Shown here piece by piece: positions 1 through 13,551 of a stretch of 64,000 nt of DNA. The notes beneath the pieces are model-generated. The model was not told the DNA's origin and ran no database searches. It was given only the letters and a program-made list of their open reading frames with translations. This stretch comes from Prorocentrum cordatum (taxonomy: Eukaryota): positions 372,001 to 436,000 of the forward strand of contig CAUYUJ010000137.1 of NCBI GenBank assembly GCA_963575745.1, given 5' to 3'. How positions within the stretch are numbered: the stretch's first letter is position 1; each line of letters starts with the position of its first letter. The position numbers were made by a program, and so were the translations under genes.

Positions 1-2708
1 CTGCGCCCGCATGCGGTTCCACCCCCCATTCTAGGACACCCCTCACACGTTTCGTGGCCCCATAGGGAGCTCCACCGAAGGCCCCAGTGGCTGCGCCCGC
101 ATGCAGTTCCACCCCCCATTCTGGCACACCCCTCACACGCTTCGTGGCCCCATGGGGAGCTCCACCGAAGGCCCCAGTGGCTGCGCCCGCATGCGGTTCC
201 AACCTTCATTTTGGCACACCCCTTACACGCTTCGTGGCACCATAGGGAGCTCCACCGAAGGCCCCAGTGGCTGCGCCCGCATGCGGTTCCACCCCCCATT
301 CTGGCACACCCCTCACACGTTTCGTGGCCCCATAGGGAGCTCCACCGAAGGCCCCAGTGGCTGCGCCCGCATGCGGTTCCACCCCCCATTCTGGCACACC
401 CCTCACATGTTTCGTGGCCCCATAGGGAGCTCCACCGAAGGTCCCAGTGGCTGCCCCGCATGCGGTTCCACCCCCCATTCTGGCACACCCCTCACACGCT
501 TCGTGGCTCTATAGGGAGCTCCACCGAAGTGAAGAGAGTCGTGGCAGTGTAGCTTCAGCTCGGCTTAGCGTGGGGATGCGAAAGGGGGAAGTGACGGGCG
601 GGGATCGAGGAAGCCAGCTGAGGTGAGAGGGGGAGGGGGAAGGGGCCCCAGTGGCTGCGCCGCATGCGGTTCCCCCCCCTCATTTTCGGAACACCCCTCA
701 CACGTTTCGTGGCCCCACAGGGAGCTCCACCGAAGGCCCCATGGCTGCCGTCCGCATGCGTCCCGCACACCCATTTCGGAACACCCCTCACACGTTTCGT
801 GGCCCCACAGGGAGCTCCACCGAAGGCCCCAGTGCTGCCGTCCGCATGCGTCCCGCACACCCATTTCGGCACACCCCTCACACGTTTCGTGGCCCCATAG
901 GGAGCTCCACCGAAGGCCCCAGTGGCTGCGCCCGCATGCGGTTCCACCCCCATTCTGGCACACCCCTCACACGTTTCGTGGCCCCATAGGGAGCTCCACC
1001 GAAGGCCCCAGTGGCTGCGCCCGCATGCGGTTCCACCCCCCATTCTGGCACTCCACCCCCCGTGGCACCCACGGCGCGTGGCCCCATAGGGAGCTCCACC
1101 GAAGGCCCCATGCTGGTTGCGCCCGCGCGGTGGGCACACCCCCCAGTTCTGCACGGCACACCCCTCACACGTTCGTGGCGTGGCCCGCATAGGGATAGCT
1201 CCACCGAAGGCCCCAGTGGCTGCGCCCGCATGCGGTTCCACCCCCATTGGGCACACCCCTCACACGTTTCGTGGCCCCATAGGGAGCTCCACCGAAGGCC
1301 CCAGTGGCTGCGCCCGCATGCGGTTCCACCCCCCATTCTGGCACACCCCTCACACGTTTCGTGGCCCCATAGGGAGCTCCACCGAAGGCCCCAGTGGCTG
1401 CGCCCGCATGCGGTTCCACCCCCCATTCTGGCACACCCCTCACACGTTTCGTGGCCCCATAGGGAGCTCCACCGAAGGCCCCAGTGGCTGCGCCCGCATG
1501 CGGTTCCACCCCCCATTCTGGCACACCCCTCACACGCTTCGTGGCCCCATAGGGAGCTCCACCGAAGCCCCAGTGGCTGCGCCCGCATGCGGTTCCACCC
1601 CCATTCTGGCACACCCCTCACACGTTTCGTGGCCCCATAGGGAGCTCCACCGAAGGCCCCAGTGGCTGCGCCCGCATGCGGTTCCACCCCCCTGGCACAC
1701 CCCTTTTCGTGGCCCCATAGGGACCGAAGGCCCCAGTGGCTGCGCCCGCATGCGGTTCCACCCCATTCTGGCACACCCCTCACACGTTTCGTGGCCCCAT
1801 AGGGAGCTCCACCGAACGTTCCAGTGGCTGCGCCCGCATGCGGTTCCACCCCCCATTTCGGCACACCCCTCACACGCTTCGTGGGTGGGTCCATGGGGAG
1901 CTCCACCGGACGCCCCAATGGCTGCGCTCGCATGTGGTTCCCACCCCCATTTCGGCACACCCCTCACATGTTCCGTGGCCCCATAGAGAGCTCCACCGAA
2001 GGCCCCAGTGGCTGCGCTCGCATGCGGTTCCACCCCTTTTTTCGGCACGCCATTCACACGTCTCGTGGCCCCATAGGGAGCTCCACCGAACGCCGCAGTG
2101 GTTGCGCTCGCATGCGGCTCCACCCCCCCATTTCGGCACACCCCTCACACGCTTCGTGGCTCCATAGGGAGCTCCACCGAAGGCCCAGTGGCTGCGCCCG
2201 CATGCGGTTCCACATCCCATTCTGGCACACCCCTCGCACGTTTTCGTGGCCCCATAGGGGGCTCCACCAAACGTCCCAGTGGCACTGCCCGCTTGCGTCC
2301 GCCACCACCCAGCACACCCCTGGTTACCTGCGCTTCACCCACCCAGAACAGCGCTTCGTAGCCCTACAGGGAGCTCCACCAAAGGTCCCAGCGGCACCGC
2401 CCGCATGCGTCCGCCACCACCCTGCGCAGCCCTTGCTCCCTGCCTGCGTTTCACCCACCCAGTACAGCGCTTCGTGGCCCCATAGGGAGCTCCACCGAAG
2501 GTCCCAATGGCACCGCTCGCATGCGTCCGCCACCACGCAGCACAGCCCTTGCTGACCGCGTCTCACCCACCCAGTACAGCGCTTCGTGGCCCCATAGGGA
2601 GCTCCACCGAAGGTCCCAGTGGCACCGCCCGCATGCGTCCGCCACCACCCAGCACAATTGCGGCATTCACAACTGCATATGGTTGGGTCCTCCGCCAGGC
2701 TAATTTTT
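1..2708 (+). repeat. 90-bp tandem satellite array ending in a defined element terminus
   Basis: The unit CTGCGCCCGCATGCGGTTCCACCCCCCATTCTGGCACACCCCTCACACGTTTCGTGGCCCCATAGGGAGCTCCACCGAAGGCCCCAGTGG recurs at 1, 91, 181, 271, 361 and onward. Units diverge towards 2640, then comes the terminus ATGGTTGGGTCCTCCGCCAGGCTAATTTTT. A non-satellite interruption lies at about 528-645. Confidence 0.97.
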
Positions 2709-3196
2709 GCCGCAGCGCCGAGAGTCCTAGCCGTGTTCTGGAGCAGGCGTGGGATGCACGTGGCCGAATCGGGCACGGCGGGCGGCGGGCGGGGGAAGGG
2801 GCGCGCGGGTGGAGGGAGGAACACGCTCACAACGCGCAACCCTTTCGCGTGGGTGCTGGAGCGCGTGCACGGCGTGGAGCCTCGATCCAAAACACGACAA
2901 GCGGAGGAGAAGCGCGTTTGGCATGAAGCAAACGGGCCCCGAGGAAACCAGGCCCCGAACCCCCTTGCCCTTCCCCAGGGCCAGCCTTGCATTCCGAGTC
3001 GTCGTCTGACAAACTCGGGGCCCGTAGTAATAAGCCTCGAACATGTCCCTATCCCTGCGATGGGCGAGCAAAAAGCGAGGGCAAGGGATGTGCCCTCAGA
3101 AACTGAGGGTACCCTTCAGATCGTCATTGAAGTGAGGTGATGCCAAGCACAAGGATATGGATAGGGATAGAAGACCCAAAGGAAGCCCAAGACTGT

Positions 3197-5178
3197 AAAA
3201 ATTAGCCAGGCGAAGGACCCAACCATATGCAGTCGTGAATGCCGCAATTGTGCTGGGCGGTGGCGGACGCATGCGGGCGGTGCCACTGGGACCTTCGGTG
3301 GAGCTCCCTATGGGGCCACGAAACGCTGTACTGGGTGGGTGAGACGCGGTCAGCAAGGGCTGCGCAGGGTGGTGGCGGACGCATGCGAGCGGTGCCACTG
3401 GGACCTTCGGTGGAGCTCCCTACGGGGCCACGAAACGCTGTACTGGGTAGGTGAAACGCAGGCAGGGAGCAAGGGCTGCGCAGGGTGGTGGCGGACGCAT
3501 GCGGGCGGTGCCGCTGGGACCTGTGGTGGAGCTCCCTATAGGGCTACGAAGCGCTGTTCTGGGTGGGTGAAGCGCAGGGAGCAAAGGCTGTGCTGGGTGG
3601 TGGCGGACGCAAACGGGCAGTGCCACTGGGACCTTTGGTGGAGCCCCCTATGGGGCCACGAAACGTGCGAGGGGCGTGCCAGAATGGCGTGTGGAACCGC
3701 ATGCCAGCGCAGCCACTGGGGCCTTCGGTGGAGCCCCCTATGGAGCCACGAAACGTGTGAGGGGTGTGCCGAAATGGTGGGTGGAACCCCATGCGAGCGC
3801 AGCCACTGCGGCGTTCGGTGGAGCTCCCTATGGGGCCACGAAACGTGTGAAGGGCGTGCAGAAAAAAGGGGCGGAACCGCATGCGAACGCAACCACTGGG
3901 GCATTCGGTGGAGCTCTCTATGGGGCCACGAACCGTGTGAGGGGTGTGCCGAAATGAGGGGGGGAACCGCATGCGGGCGCAGCCACTGGGGCGTTCGGTG
4001 GAGCTCCCTATGGGGCCACCCACGAAGCGTGTGAGGGATGTGCCGAAATGGGAGGTGGAACCGCATGCGAGCGCAGCCACTGGAGCGTTCGGTGGAGTTC
4101 CCTATGGGGCCACGAAACGTGTGAGGGGTGTGCCAGAATGGGGGGTGGAACCGCATGCGGGCGCAGCCACTGGGGCCTTCGGTGGAGCTCCCTATGGGGC
4201 CACGAAACGTGTGAGGGGTGTGCCAGAATGGGGGGTGGAACCGCATGCGGGCGCAGCCACTGGGGCCTTCGGTGGAGCTCCCTATGGGGCCACGAAACGT
4301 GTGAGGGGTGTGCCAGAATGGGGGGTGGAACCGCATGCGGGCGCAGCCACTGGGGCCTTCGGTGGAGCTCCCTATGGGGCCACGAAACGTGTGAGGGGTG
4401 TGCCAGAATGGGGGGTGGAACCGCATGCGGCGCAGTTCGGTGGAGCTCCCTATGGGTCGCCGCATGTGGGCCTTCGGTGGAGCTCCCTATGGGGCCACGA
4501 AACGTGTGAGGGGTGTGCCAGAATGGGGGGTGGAACCGCATGCGGGCGCAGCCACTGGGGCCTTCGGTGGAGCTCCCTATGGGGCCACGAAACGTGTGAG
4601 GGGTGTGCCAGAATGGGGGGTGGAACCGCATGCGGGCGCAGCCACTGGGGCCTTCGGTGGAGCTCCCTATGGGGCCACGAAACGTGTGAGGGGTGTGCCA
4701 GAATGGGGGGTGGAACCGCATGCGGGCGCAGCCACTGGGGCCTTCGGTGGAGCTCCCTATGGGGCCACGAAACGTGTGAGGGGTGTGCCAGAATGGGGGG
4801 TGGAACCGCATGCGGGCGCAGCCACTGGGGCCTTCGGTGGAGCTCCCTATGGGGCCACGAAACGTGTGAGGGGTGTGCCAGAATGGGGGGTGGAACCGCA
4901 TGCGGGCGCAGCCACTGGGGCCTTCGGTGGAGCTCCCTATGGGGCCACGAAACGTGTGAGGGGTGTGCCAGAATGGGGGGTGGAACCGCATGCGGGCGCA
5001 GCCACTGGGGCCTTCGGTGGAGCTCCCTATGGGGCCACGAAACGTGTGAGGGGTGTGCCAGAATGGGTGTGGGAGGGGGAGGAGGGGAGAGGAAGGGGAG
5101 GAGGAGGAAGGAGGAGGAGGAACGCGGGGCGACGTCTCTTCAAAACGAGGACCCAACACCACAGGATGATTAGGAAAT
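3197..5178 (-). mobile_element. Satellite-carrying non-autonomous element (HINE/DINE-1-like) with the 90-bp array in reverse orientation
   Basis: Minus strand reads TTTCCTAATCAT (degenerate subTIR), a nearby TGTTGGG inverted copy, a CCT-rich tract, about 20 x 90-bp units, then ATGGTTGGG TCCTTCGCCTGGCTAATTTTT. The last part is the same terminus as at about 2679-2708. Confidence 0.75.
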
Positions 5179-5694
5179 ATCTTCGAGGACCAATCGACAA
5201 ACCACGGCATAACCATATGCTTGCGGAGGCCCGCGCGGACTTCTCGCCTCGGCGCTGAGCCCCCTCCCTAGAGCAAGGAGCGCGCCAAGGGCGACGCCGG
5301 AAACACCACGGGGGGGCTCCAGCGCCGATCCGAGAAATCCGCGCGAACCTCCGAGTTCGCGTCATTTTTCGTCCCCCGCCATCAGGGCCCGCTTGCCTGA
5401 GGGCCTCGGGCGTTGCTGAATGGGAGGGCGATAAATGGAGAATGGAGGGGTGAATCAACGTGAACCTTTCGCGCTCATGTTGGGCCTCAGGAGGCCCATC
5501 TGGGAGCCCTGCAGGGCACAACAGGTGCACCTCTAGACGGGAGGGCCATGGCGCGCGCGGCGGCGGGAAGTCGGTCCGCCTCTTCCAGCTGCCGCACGCG
5601 GCGCGGCTCGCTCCGCCAGCTGGAGCTGAGCACGACCTCGAGTCGGAGCACCAGTGGCCCCGAGCCCCAAGCCCGCTTACGACCCCAGTCCTGC

Positions 5695-6494
5695 CTCCTC
5701 CTCCTCCTCCTCCTCCTCCTCCTTCTCCTCCTCCCTCTCCTCCCTCCCTCACTCTCCACCCCTTCCTCCTCCTCCTCCTCCTCCTCCTCCTCCTCCTCCT
5801 CCTCCTCCTCCTCCTCCTCCTCCTCTTCCTCATCCTCCTCCTCATCATCCTCCTTCTCATCCTCCTCCTCCTCATCCCCAGTCTAATCCATGGTCTTATG
5901 GCGGGACCTGAGTCTGAGGGGCAACGCTAGGAGGGTTAGGTTCGGGGGGACGCATCGACCCCCAATCGTCCATTGATCGCCGTTAGGGACCCGATAGCCC
6001 GATCCGCACGGGAACGTGCGGTTTTGCTATCACGGGCCTATCGCAGATCTATCGGCGATGTATCGCCAATGTCAGGTCGATGTTGCCCCCTCTGGGCCTA
6101 TCCCCTCCAACGTTGCCCCTGAGGGCCTTAGGACCGAGGCCAATCAATGGTCCATGCTTATCCTCTGCCTCTGCACTGCGTCGACGTTCACCTCCTCCTC
6201 ATCTCCCTCCTCCTCCCCTCCTCCTCCCCTCCTCCTCTTCCTCCTCCTCTCTGCTCCTCCGCCTCCTCCTCCTCCTCCCTCCCCTCCTCTCCTCCTCCTT
6301 CTCCTTCTCCTTCTCCTCATCCTCCTTCTCCTCCTCCTCCTCCTCGTACTCCTACTCCTACGCCTACTCCAACTCCTCTTCCTCCTCTCCTCCTCCTCCT
6401 CCTCCCTCCTCCTCCTCCTCCTCCTCCATCTCCTCCCTCCTCCTCCTCCTCCTCCTCCTCCTCCTCCTCCTCCTCCTCCTCCTCATCCTCATCC

Positions 6495-6575
<81 letters not shown>
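5695..6575. repeat. (CCT)n and (CAT)n microsatellites flanking a small inverted-repeat element
   Basis: CCT runs at 5695-5880 and 6190-6485, and a CAT run at 6485-6573. Confidence 0.95.
5892..6135. mobile_element. MITE-like inverted-repeat element
   Basis: The left arm GAGGGGCAACGCTAGGAGGGTTAGG...CATCGACC is inverted to the right arm GGTCGATG...CCTATCCCCTCCAACGTTGCCCCT. Related arms occur at about 61275-61322 and 61780-61836. Confidence 0.6.
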
Positions 6576-7869
6576 CACCTTTTGATCCTCCTGGTCCAGG
6601 TCTCCTTGTTCCACTTCCTCCGTGCACGCTTGTCTGGTGGACCCTGGTCTTCTGCGCCCCATGCGCCGCAGTCTGCCTGCACGTCGGGCAAGCAAACATG
6701 TTCTGGAGAAGTTGGTTGGTTGCCTGATTGATGCCATTTCAACGTGTCTTCTTCTTGCTCCCACTGCCACCACACTTGCTCCCACTTGTTTGCGCTTGCT
6801 CCTGGTCCCGCCGCCCTTCCTGGCCAGGGGCCCCGATCCTGCTGCTGCCGCAGCCGCTGATGCCTGCGGCGGCTGCCGCGCAAACATGCTGCTGGTCGTT
6901 CCTCGTGCGTCCACTGTTACCACCTCTGCCTCCACCACCTCCTCCTCGAAAATGTATCCTCATCCTGACCTGGTTCGGCGGTGGACAAATTTCCCTTGAA
7001 ACAAAACAACCTTTAAAGACAACGGCCTGGGACCGAAACCGACGGACCTGGACCCGCAAAAATGACGGCCGCGACGCCATCTCGCGAACCGAAAACTGCC
7101 AATTCGCTACTCATCGACGTGGTAGGAGGTCTATCACTATCCCACCACCTCTGCCTCCACCACCTCCTCCTCCAAAAGGTATCCTCCTCCTGACCCTGTT
7201 CCTCCTCTCCTTGGCCTCGAACCTCGAGGCTCCAAGATCGCAGATTGACGGCTTGGTCGAGATGCTCATTGCTCTTGCATCCACAACCACCACGTCCACC
7301 GCCTCCTCCCACTCCAATCCCTGGCACCCGTCATCCGATGAACTGCACAGCGATAACCTTCAACTCCATGCAATGGAAACTCGCTACAACGGAGATCCAG
7401 GCGTCGATCGGCGCAAAGAGCGGAAAGCAGCTGAGAACGCCACCAACGATTTGCTGCCCGCGGTTCTGATGACCCGCTGGGCCCCAACGCCAAGGCGCCA
7501 CAATGGTATACGACGCTGAGCACCGAAGGGTCTTCTGTGTGCTCATAATTCTACACCTAAATATTGATCGTTACCTGGTATGTCTACCCTACATATATAT
7601 AGAAAGATGGAGATGGTGAACATATAAACGTGCATGTATTTCCGTCGTCCCCCTCCGGAGCGGAGGGGCAAGACTGCGAAGGTGTGTGTGGTCTCTTGTC
7701 ATGTGTTATGTGTTGTCATGTGTTGTTTGGCCGTTTGTCTCTCCAGTGCTGTTTCCTATCTCCTGTTTACTGTCTGGTAAGGGGCCCCGCCGTGTCACCA
7801 AACAGCCAACGGGGGTGTTGAACCTCAAATCCAGGTTGCTCCGGGACACCCCAGGATTCTCATGGTGAC

Positions 7870-8215
7870 GCCTCTGCGCGGCCGAACGGCCCGAGAGGCC
7901 CCACGATGGCCCCACGACGGCCCTAGAAGCCCCTATGACGGCCCAAGAGGCCCCCATGACAATCCCAAGACAGCCGAAGAGGGCAGCAAGACGGTCCAAG
8001 AGGCGTCCCAGACGGCTCAAAAGGGCCCTGAGACGGTCCCAAGAGAGGCCCAAGGGGAGTCCACGAACCGAAAACTCAACCTTTCCCCCCCGAGAGGGCC
8101 CCAGGAGGCCCCACGAAGGCCCCAAGAGAGGCCCCAAGAGGCCCCCAAGAGGCCCCCAAGAGGCCCCCAAGAGGCCCCCAAGAGGCCCCAAGGAGACCCC
8201 CAAGAGACCCAAAAT
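7870..8215 (+). repeat. CCAAGA(G/C)GGCC ~11-bp minisatellite patch (dispersed family)
   Basis: Perfect GGCCCCCAAGA repeats at about 8140-8185. Patches of the same family occur at about 17050-17720, 25230-25810, 27370-27680, 31760-32050, 36200-36670, 39970-40630, 51000-51390, 52150-52500, 53180-53790 and 54050-55120. Confidence 0.9.
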
Positions 8216-9774
8216 ATTGTTTCCAAGAAGCGCGAGACCACTCTGACAAAGTGCCCAGTACGATTCGCCTGGGCCTGGTAAAAATCTCCCTGCTGTCCCT
8301 CCTGTGGGCCTCTACTCTGTCGACGATCCCTCGCAGACCCCCCCAAGTCGAAGCTTTCAAAAAATCCCAAGGGCCTGGGCGCGAACTTAAAGTCAAAAGG
8401 CTCAAATAATGAAGTGTAAAGGGACCTTCTCCGCAGATGCACCAAGCCAAACCGCCCAAAGTGCAGAGATGGGGGACCTCAGTTAGGTTACGTCTTCATT
8501 GTGCTAGTGGGGTTGCAGTCGGACCTAAGACAGACGAACATCCTTCAGGAACATGAGACCCTTCGCCGGCCAAAACATCCAAAGCCATGAGATCACTCGA
8601 GGGTACTCTCCCCCAGGATGCACGAGAACGCCCAACACACACGAAGAACCTTCGGGTACCCTCCCAAACCCGACCTCGATCTTATAATTACCTTGGTCTA
8701 GCTGTAAGGCTTCTTACGGGCGTTGGCAGAACTGGGTGTAGTGGGACTTGGTTTAATGATGTGTACTGGGGGACGCCCCCCAAGCCCCGTTCCACTAACC
8801 CGAACTTCCGTCACCCGAAAAACACCAGCTACGGCAGACCTGGTTCAGTGATTCTGGCCAATTTGCAGGCTCCGGGGCCCTACAGCCAACCGGGTCCCCT
8901 TTCCCGGGGTCCTGGCTGTACCCGATTCTTTCATTTCTCGACGATACCCCGCTCCAAGACCGCCCTCACGCAACGCAACGCCAAACGGAGACCACCTGGC
9001 GGTCGAGGCGGCAGCCCCCTCCCATCTGTGCCAGGCGCCAGACGAGCAGCTCGGACAGGCTGGTGCCTGCGGTGCCGGCGGGGCGCCGGGAAGGCGCAGG
9101 CGAGGCAGCCGTACGGCTACGCCTGGGCTGCCTGCCTGCCAGCACCATGGGCTGCATGCCTGCGCTCTGCCTGGCCAGGGCCATCCTGGGCCCTGGCAGG
9201 AACGCGACTGGTCTTCCACAGAGCCTCCAGGAGCCAGTGGCGACCACGTATGGAGAAGAAGGCGTGGCGGCTGAGCCGAATCCGGCTGCGCGCAGCAGCT
9301 GTCGCACCCTCGTTTCTCAATCCCGCCCGTTCGGCCACCACGGATGTGGGACCGGCCAAGGTGTCGATTCTTGCACACGTCGGGCGTTCGTTAGCGATGG
9401 GAAATGACCGGGGGGGAGGAAACGCGCACCTTTCCGGTATTTGTAAGGCCTGCCGTGGCAGCTTAGGGCCACTTCAGAGCCCTTGCGTGCAATGCTCGAT
9501 CTCCCCCGCGCTACCGAGCGTCCCAACAAGCGCACAAACGGCGACAGACGTTGCGAAAACACGGCCGGAAAGAGGGCCGATACAATGACTCCGACCAGTC
9601 AAGGTGACAACTCTTGCACAGGTGCGGGGATTCCAAGCCGCCGAGCACCCAGGAGAGCCCAGAATCGGATCGACAACTCGGATCGACGGAAACCGGAGGC
9701 CAATTCGGGATACGTCGTATCGGCGAATCGGCATGCTAGCAAGGCCTCCGTTGGGAAATCGGAGCAAGTTGACG

Positions 9775-9940
9775 TCAGGACGAGGATAAAATCGGGTGAC
9801 GACAAATCGAGAATCTCAAAGATCAGGCGGCTTTGGAGGATATCTCAGGCGCCGCGGCCTTCTCAGAGCGTTCTGGGACGCTCTGAGAGCAATCTGAAAC
9901 GCTCTGGAACGGATTTATCCTCGTCCTAACCCCGTCCGAC
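9775..9940. mobile_element. MITE-like element (second copy at about 33705-33880)
   Basis: Inverted ends AGGACGAGGATAAA / TTTATCCTCGTCCT. The interior (AGATC.GCGGCT.TGGA.GAT...AACGCTCTGGA) aligns with 33705-33880. Confidence 0.65.
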
Positions 9941-10223
9941 GGAGCCGAAACAAGAATCCGCAATCGGACCGGCTCGGAACCCGAGGCCGCCGACATCCAG
10001 TCGACTCGGATCGGGGGAATCGAAATGAGCGCGTTTCTTTCTCATCGGCGATGACGGGCGTCATGGGGGGGGGGGGGGGGCGGGCGGGGGGGGGTATGAC
10101 GTAACGCCCCCCACCGCCGTGCGGCTCAGGCACAACAGCCGCGCCCGCGCGCACGACAACGATGAGCGACGAGCGACGACGACGACGACGACGACGACAA
10201 CGACGACGACGACAACGACGCGA

Positions 10224-10972
10224 GCAGCAGGTAGGTTGCGATCTACCCCACAGCGCCTGTGTACACCACAGTGCTCGCGTGCACCACAGCGCTCGTGTAC
10301 ACCACAACGCCTGTGTACACCGCAACAGCCGTGTGTAACGCAGCGCCTGTGTACACCACAGTGCTTGCGTGCACCGCAACGCCTGTGCACACCACAGCGA
10401 CTGTCTACACCACAACATCCGCGCACACGTACAACGCAGCGCTGGTGTACACCAGTGTGCCTGCGTGCACAGGACAGGTCGAAGGAGCATGTCGGTGAGG
10501 ATCTGCTGCGGACAGCTAAACGCCACGCCAGGGAAGTGCTGAGAATAGAATGCGACGTGTGTTCCTCCTCCCTCCTCCACCTCCGCCTCCTCCTCCTCCT
10601 CTTCGTCCTCCTCCTCGTCCTCCTATTCCACCGTCGCTCTTCCCCCCTGTCGTGCGGGTCGGCACTACAGCGCACGTGCGCGTCTCAGCGTGCACCGCAG
10701 AATGGTATTCTCACTGGTGCCATGCTGAGTGCACGCAGGCATTGTGGTGTACACTGGTGTTGTGTTGCGCACGGCTGATGTGGTGTACGCAGGCGCTGCG
10801 GTGTACACAAGCGCTGTGGCGCCAGCAGGCACTGTGGCCCACACTGGCGCTGTGATGCACAGGGCTGCTGTCGTGTACATAGGCGGTGTGGGGTACACAG
10901 GCGCTGTGGTGCACGCAGGCACTATGGTGTACACAGGCGTTGTGGTGCAGATCGCCACCGGCATGCTGCTGC
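10224..10972. mobile_element. Foldback-like element with inverted arms made of 18-bp repeats
   Basis: TACACCACAGCGCCTGTG-type units run forward at about 10243-10470 and reversed at about 10725-10952. Outer ends GGTTGCGATCT / AGATCGCCACC are inverted. Confidence 0.75.
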
Positions 10973-12914
10973 TACCCGTCATCGGTGATTCCTAGGCGTT
11001 CCCGGACGCCGCCGGCGCGAATCGCGACGTCATCGGCCCCCTCCAGCCCCCCCAGATGATTGCCGTCATCGGCCCGAAAGAATAAACAAAAAAACTGGCT
11101 CCAGCCGCGTCCGCGCGCCCGACGACGATGAGCAATGAGCGACGAGCGACGGGCGACGAGCGACAACGACGACGACGACGACAACGACGACGACGTCGGC
11201 GACGACGACGACGACGTCGACGACGACGACGACGACGACGACGACTGCGGACCAGACTCATATGCGGATTCCTAGCTGACACCGATGCGGATCACGATGC
11301 GCACAGCGGCAGTACCCGGAACGCACTGGGGGGGGGAGCGTTACGTCATTGGGGGGGTGGAGGGGGCCGGGGGGCATGACGCCCGTCATGCCCCAAGCTA
11401 TAAAGAAACGAGCTCAATGAGCTCCTGCAGGGTGCAGACCCGTGCACAGGTTGGCGGCGCGCACAGGGGGGTCGTCGTCGGCCGTCGTCGTCGTCGTCGC
11501 CGTCATCGTCGTCGCCAACGTCGCCGTCGTCGTCGCCAACGTCATCGTCGTCGTCGTCGTCGTCATCGTGAGGGAGTTGGATGCGTGCGCGCGTGTGCTG
11601 GCAGATCCCCTCCTCAGCTGCGCGCACAAGGGGGTAGGGGGAGGGGGAAAGGCTTCTTGGAAGGGAGCTACTTCTTAGAAGGCGCCAGCCTTGCATCTAC
11701 GGACACCGCCCGCGCCTTCTAAGAATCGGGGGCGCGCAAACATGGATTAACGATCCATGGATTTGGCGCGCGGTCGCCAAATCCATGGATCGGGGGAGGT
11801 GCCCTTCCCAACATGCGGCCGGTTCCGGCCCGCTCGGCGGCGGCAGTCCGCGATTTCCCATGGAAACGGGACCCGCCGCTAATCCACGCACCCTTGATCC
11901 ATGCTTGCGATCGCCTGATCTTAGAAGGCGCCAGCCTTGCGTCTACGGACAAGGCCCGCGCCGTCTAAGAAGCAGGGGTGTGTTTCTAAGACGCCCTTCC
12001 CCCTCCCCCACCCCCTGCTGCGCGTGGCCGACTTCAAGAGGCATCTCCTGGAAAGCCTTCGTCAGAACGATTCAGGGATGGTATGCTTGACGCGAAGAAG
12101 GCCATTGAGCCCGGCCAGGCTGGATTGTCAGCCCCAGGTTGAGCCAGATGGAACGGGATCAGACTGGATTAGGAGGGATCACGCGAGATTCAGCGGGATC
12201 AAGCCAGATTTGGGGAAACAAAAAAGTACAGATACCGCTACGGGACCTCTCTTGGGGTGCGTTCTGACCCTGACCAGAGAGTTGAGGCAAATCCAGCGGT
12301 GGCGACGAGGGCCTCCCAGGAGATCCAACAGGGGGAAACGAGGGAAAGGTAAGGGTATGTGTACCTTTTTCATCGGGATCCCCCCTCCCCCTACCCCCTC
12401 TGCGCTTGGCCGAACCGCTGCGGGGTTCCATGTGATGCACAAGGACATACTAGTACTACATGTCCTCCTTGGAGGCGTGCGCCCGAAGTATACCCATCTT
12501 CTAGTACATCGTTTCCCGAGCGGTGCGGCCAGAAAGCGCCCGCACCGACGCATATTGCGCGCGTCGCCCTGTGGGGGCGACGCACACATAGAATTATGCT
12601 GGGGTGACGCCGATTCCAGGCCGCCGAGCACCGTCGCGCGCGACGTGCGCCGCCAGCGGGTCCGCGCTGCCGTCCGGGTGGCGCTCGCACACGGCCTCGG
12701 GGCCGCGCCGCGGCCACGGCCATTGGCCAGTGGCCGTCTGTAGCCTGTGCAGCGACGGATCCCACCTGCGTCCACACGGGGTTGCAGGCGCCATTAGGGC
12801 GATCAAAGATCGGCTAGGATCGAGATGGGTCGTCCGACCCCGCAGGTCACCTGGGAATCCCCAAATCCGACCTCCCGACGGGCAGTGTCACCGAAATTGA
12901 CATTATGGTCGACC

Positions 12915-13369
12915 TTGTAATCCTCATCATCCTCATCAACACCACCAGCATCGTCATCACCATCACCATCAACACCAATAGCATCATCATCCTCATCATC
13001 CTCGTTATCCTCCTCCACCTCATCATCATCAACATCACCACCATCATCATCAGCATCATCATCATCACCATAAGCATCATCATTGACAGCGTCATCGTCA
13101 TCACTATCATCAGCGTCATCATCAGCATCATCATCATCGTCATCATCATCCGAATCATAACCATAAGCATAATCATGATCAACATCAGCAGCCACATCAT
13201 CGTCATTGTCAGTGTGATCAGAATCATCACCAGCTGCAGCATCATCAGCATTGACATCATCATTATCAGGTAATCATCATCAGCAGCCTCATCGACGTCG
13301 CCATTATCACACCATCATCATCACCATCACCATTACCATCATTAACAACAATGACGTCACCATCGTCAA

Positions 13370-13435
<66 letters not shown>

Positions 13436-13471
13436 AATCAGAATCATCATCATCATCATCATCATCATCAG

Positions 13472-13510
<39 letters not shown>

Positions 13511-13511
13511 G

Positions 13512-13551
<40 letters not shown>

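Noticed and set aside
101..5258. Long repetitive ORFs in the 90-bp satellite
   Set aside because: The unit length is divisible by 3 and has few stops, so ORFs open in several frames on both strands; no domain is recognisable.
8587..9588. 333-aa ORF
   Set aside because: Low-complexity R/A/P/G-rich translation of GC-rich DNA with no recognisable motif.
12390..12800. Reductase-like GIGVTP motif on the minus strand
   Set aside because: Immediately followed by a stop, with no supporting motifs.
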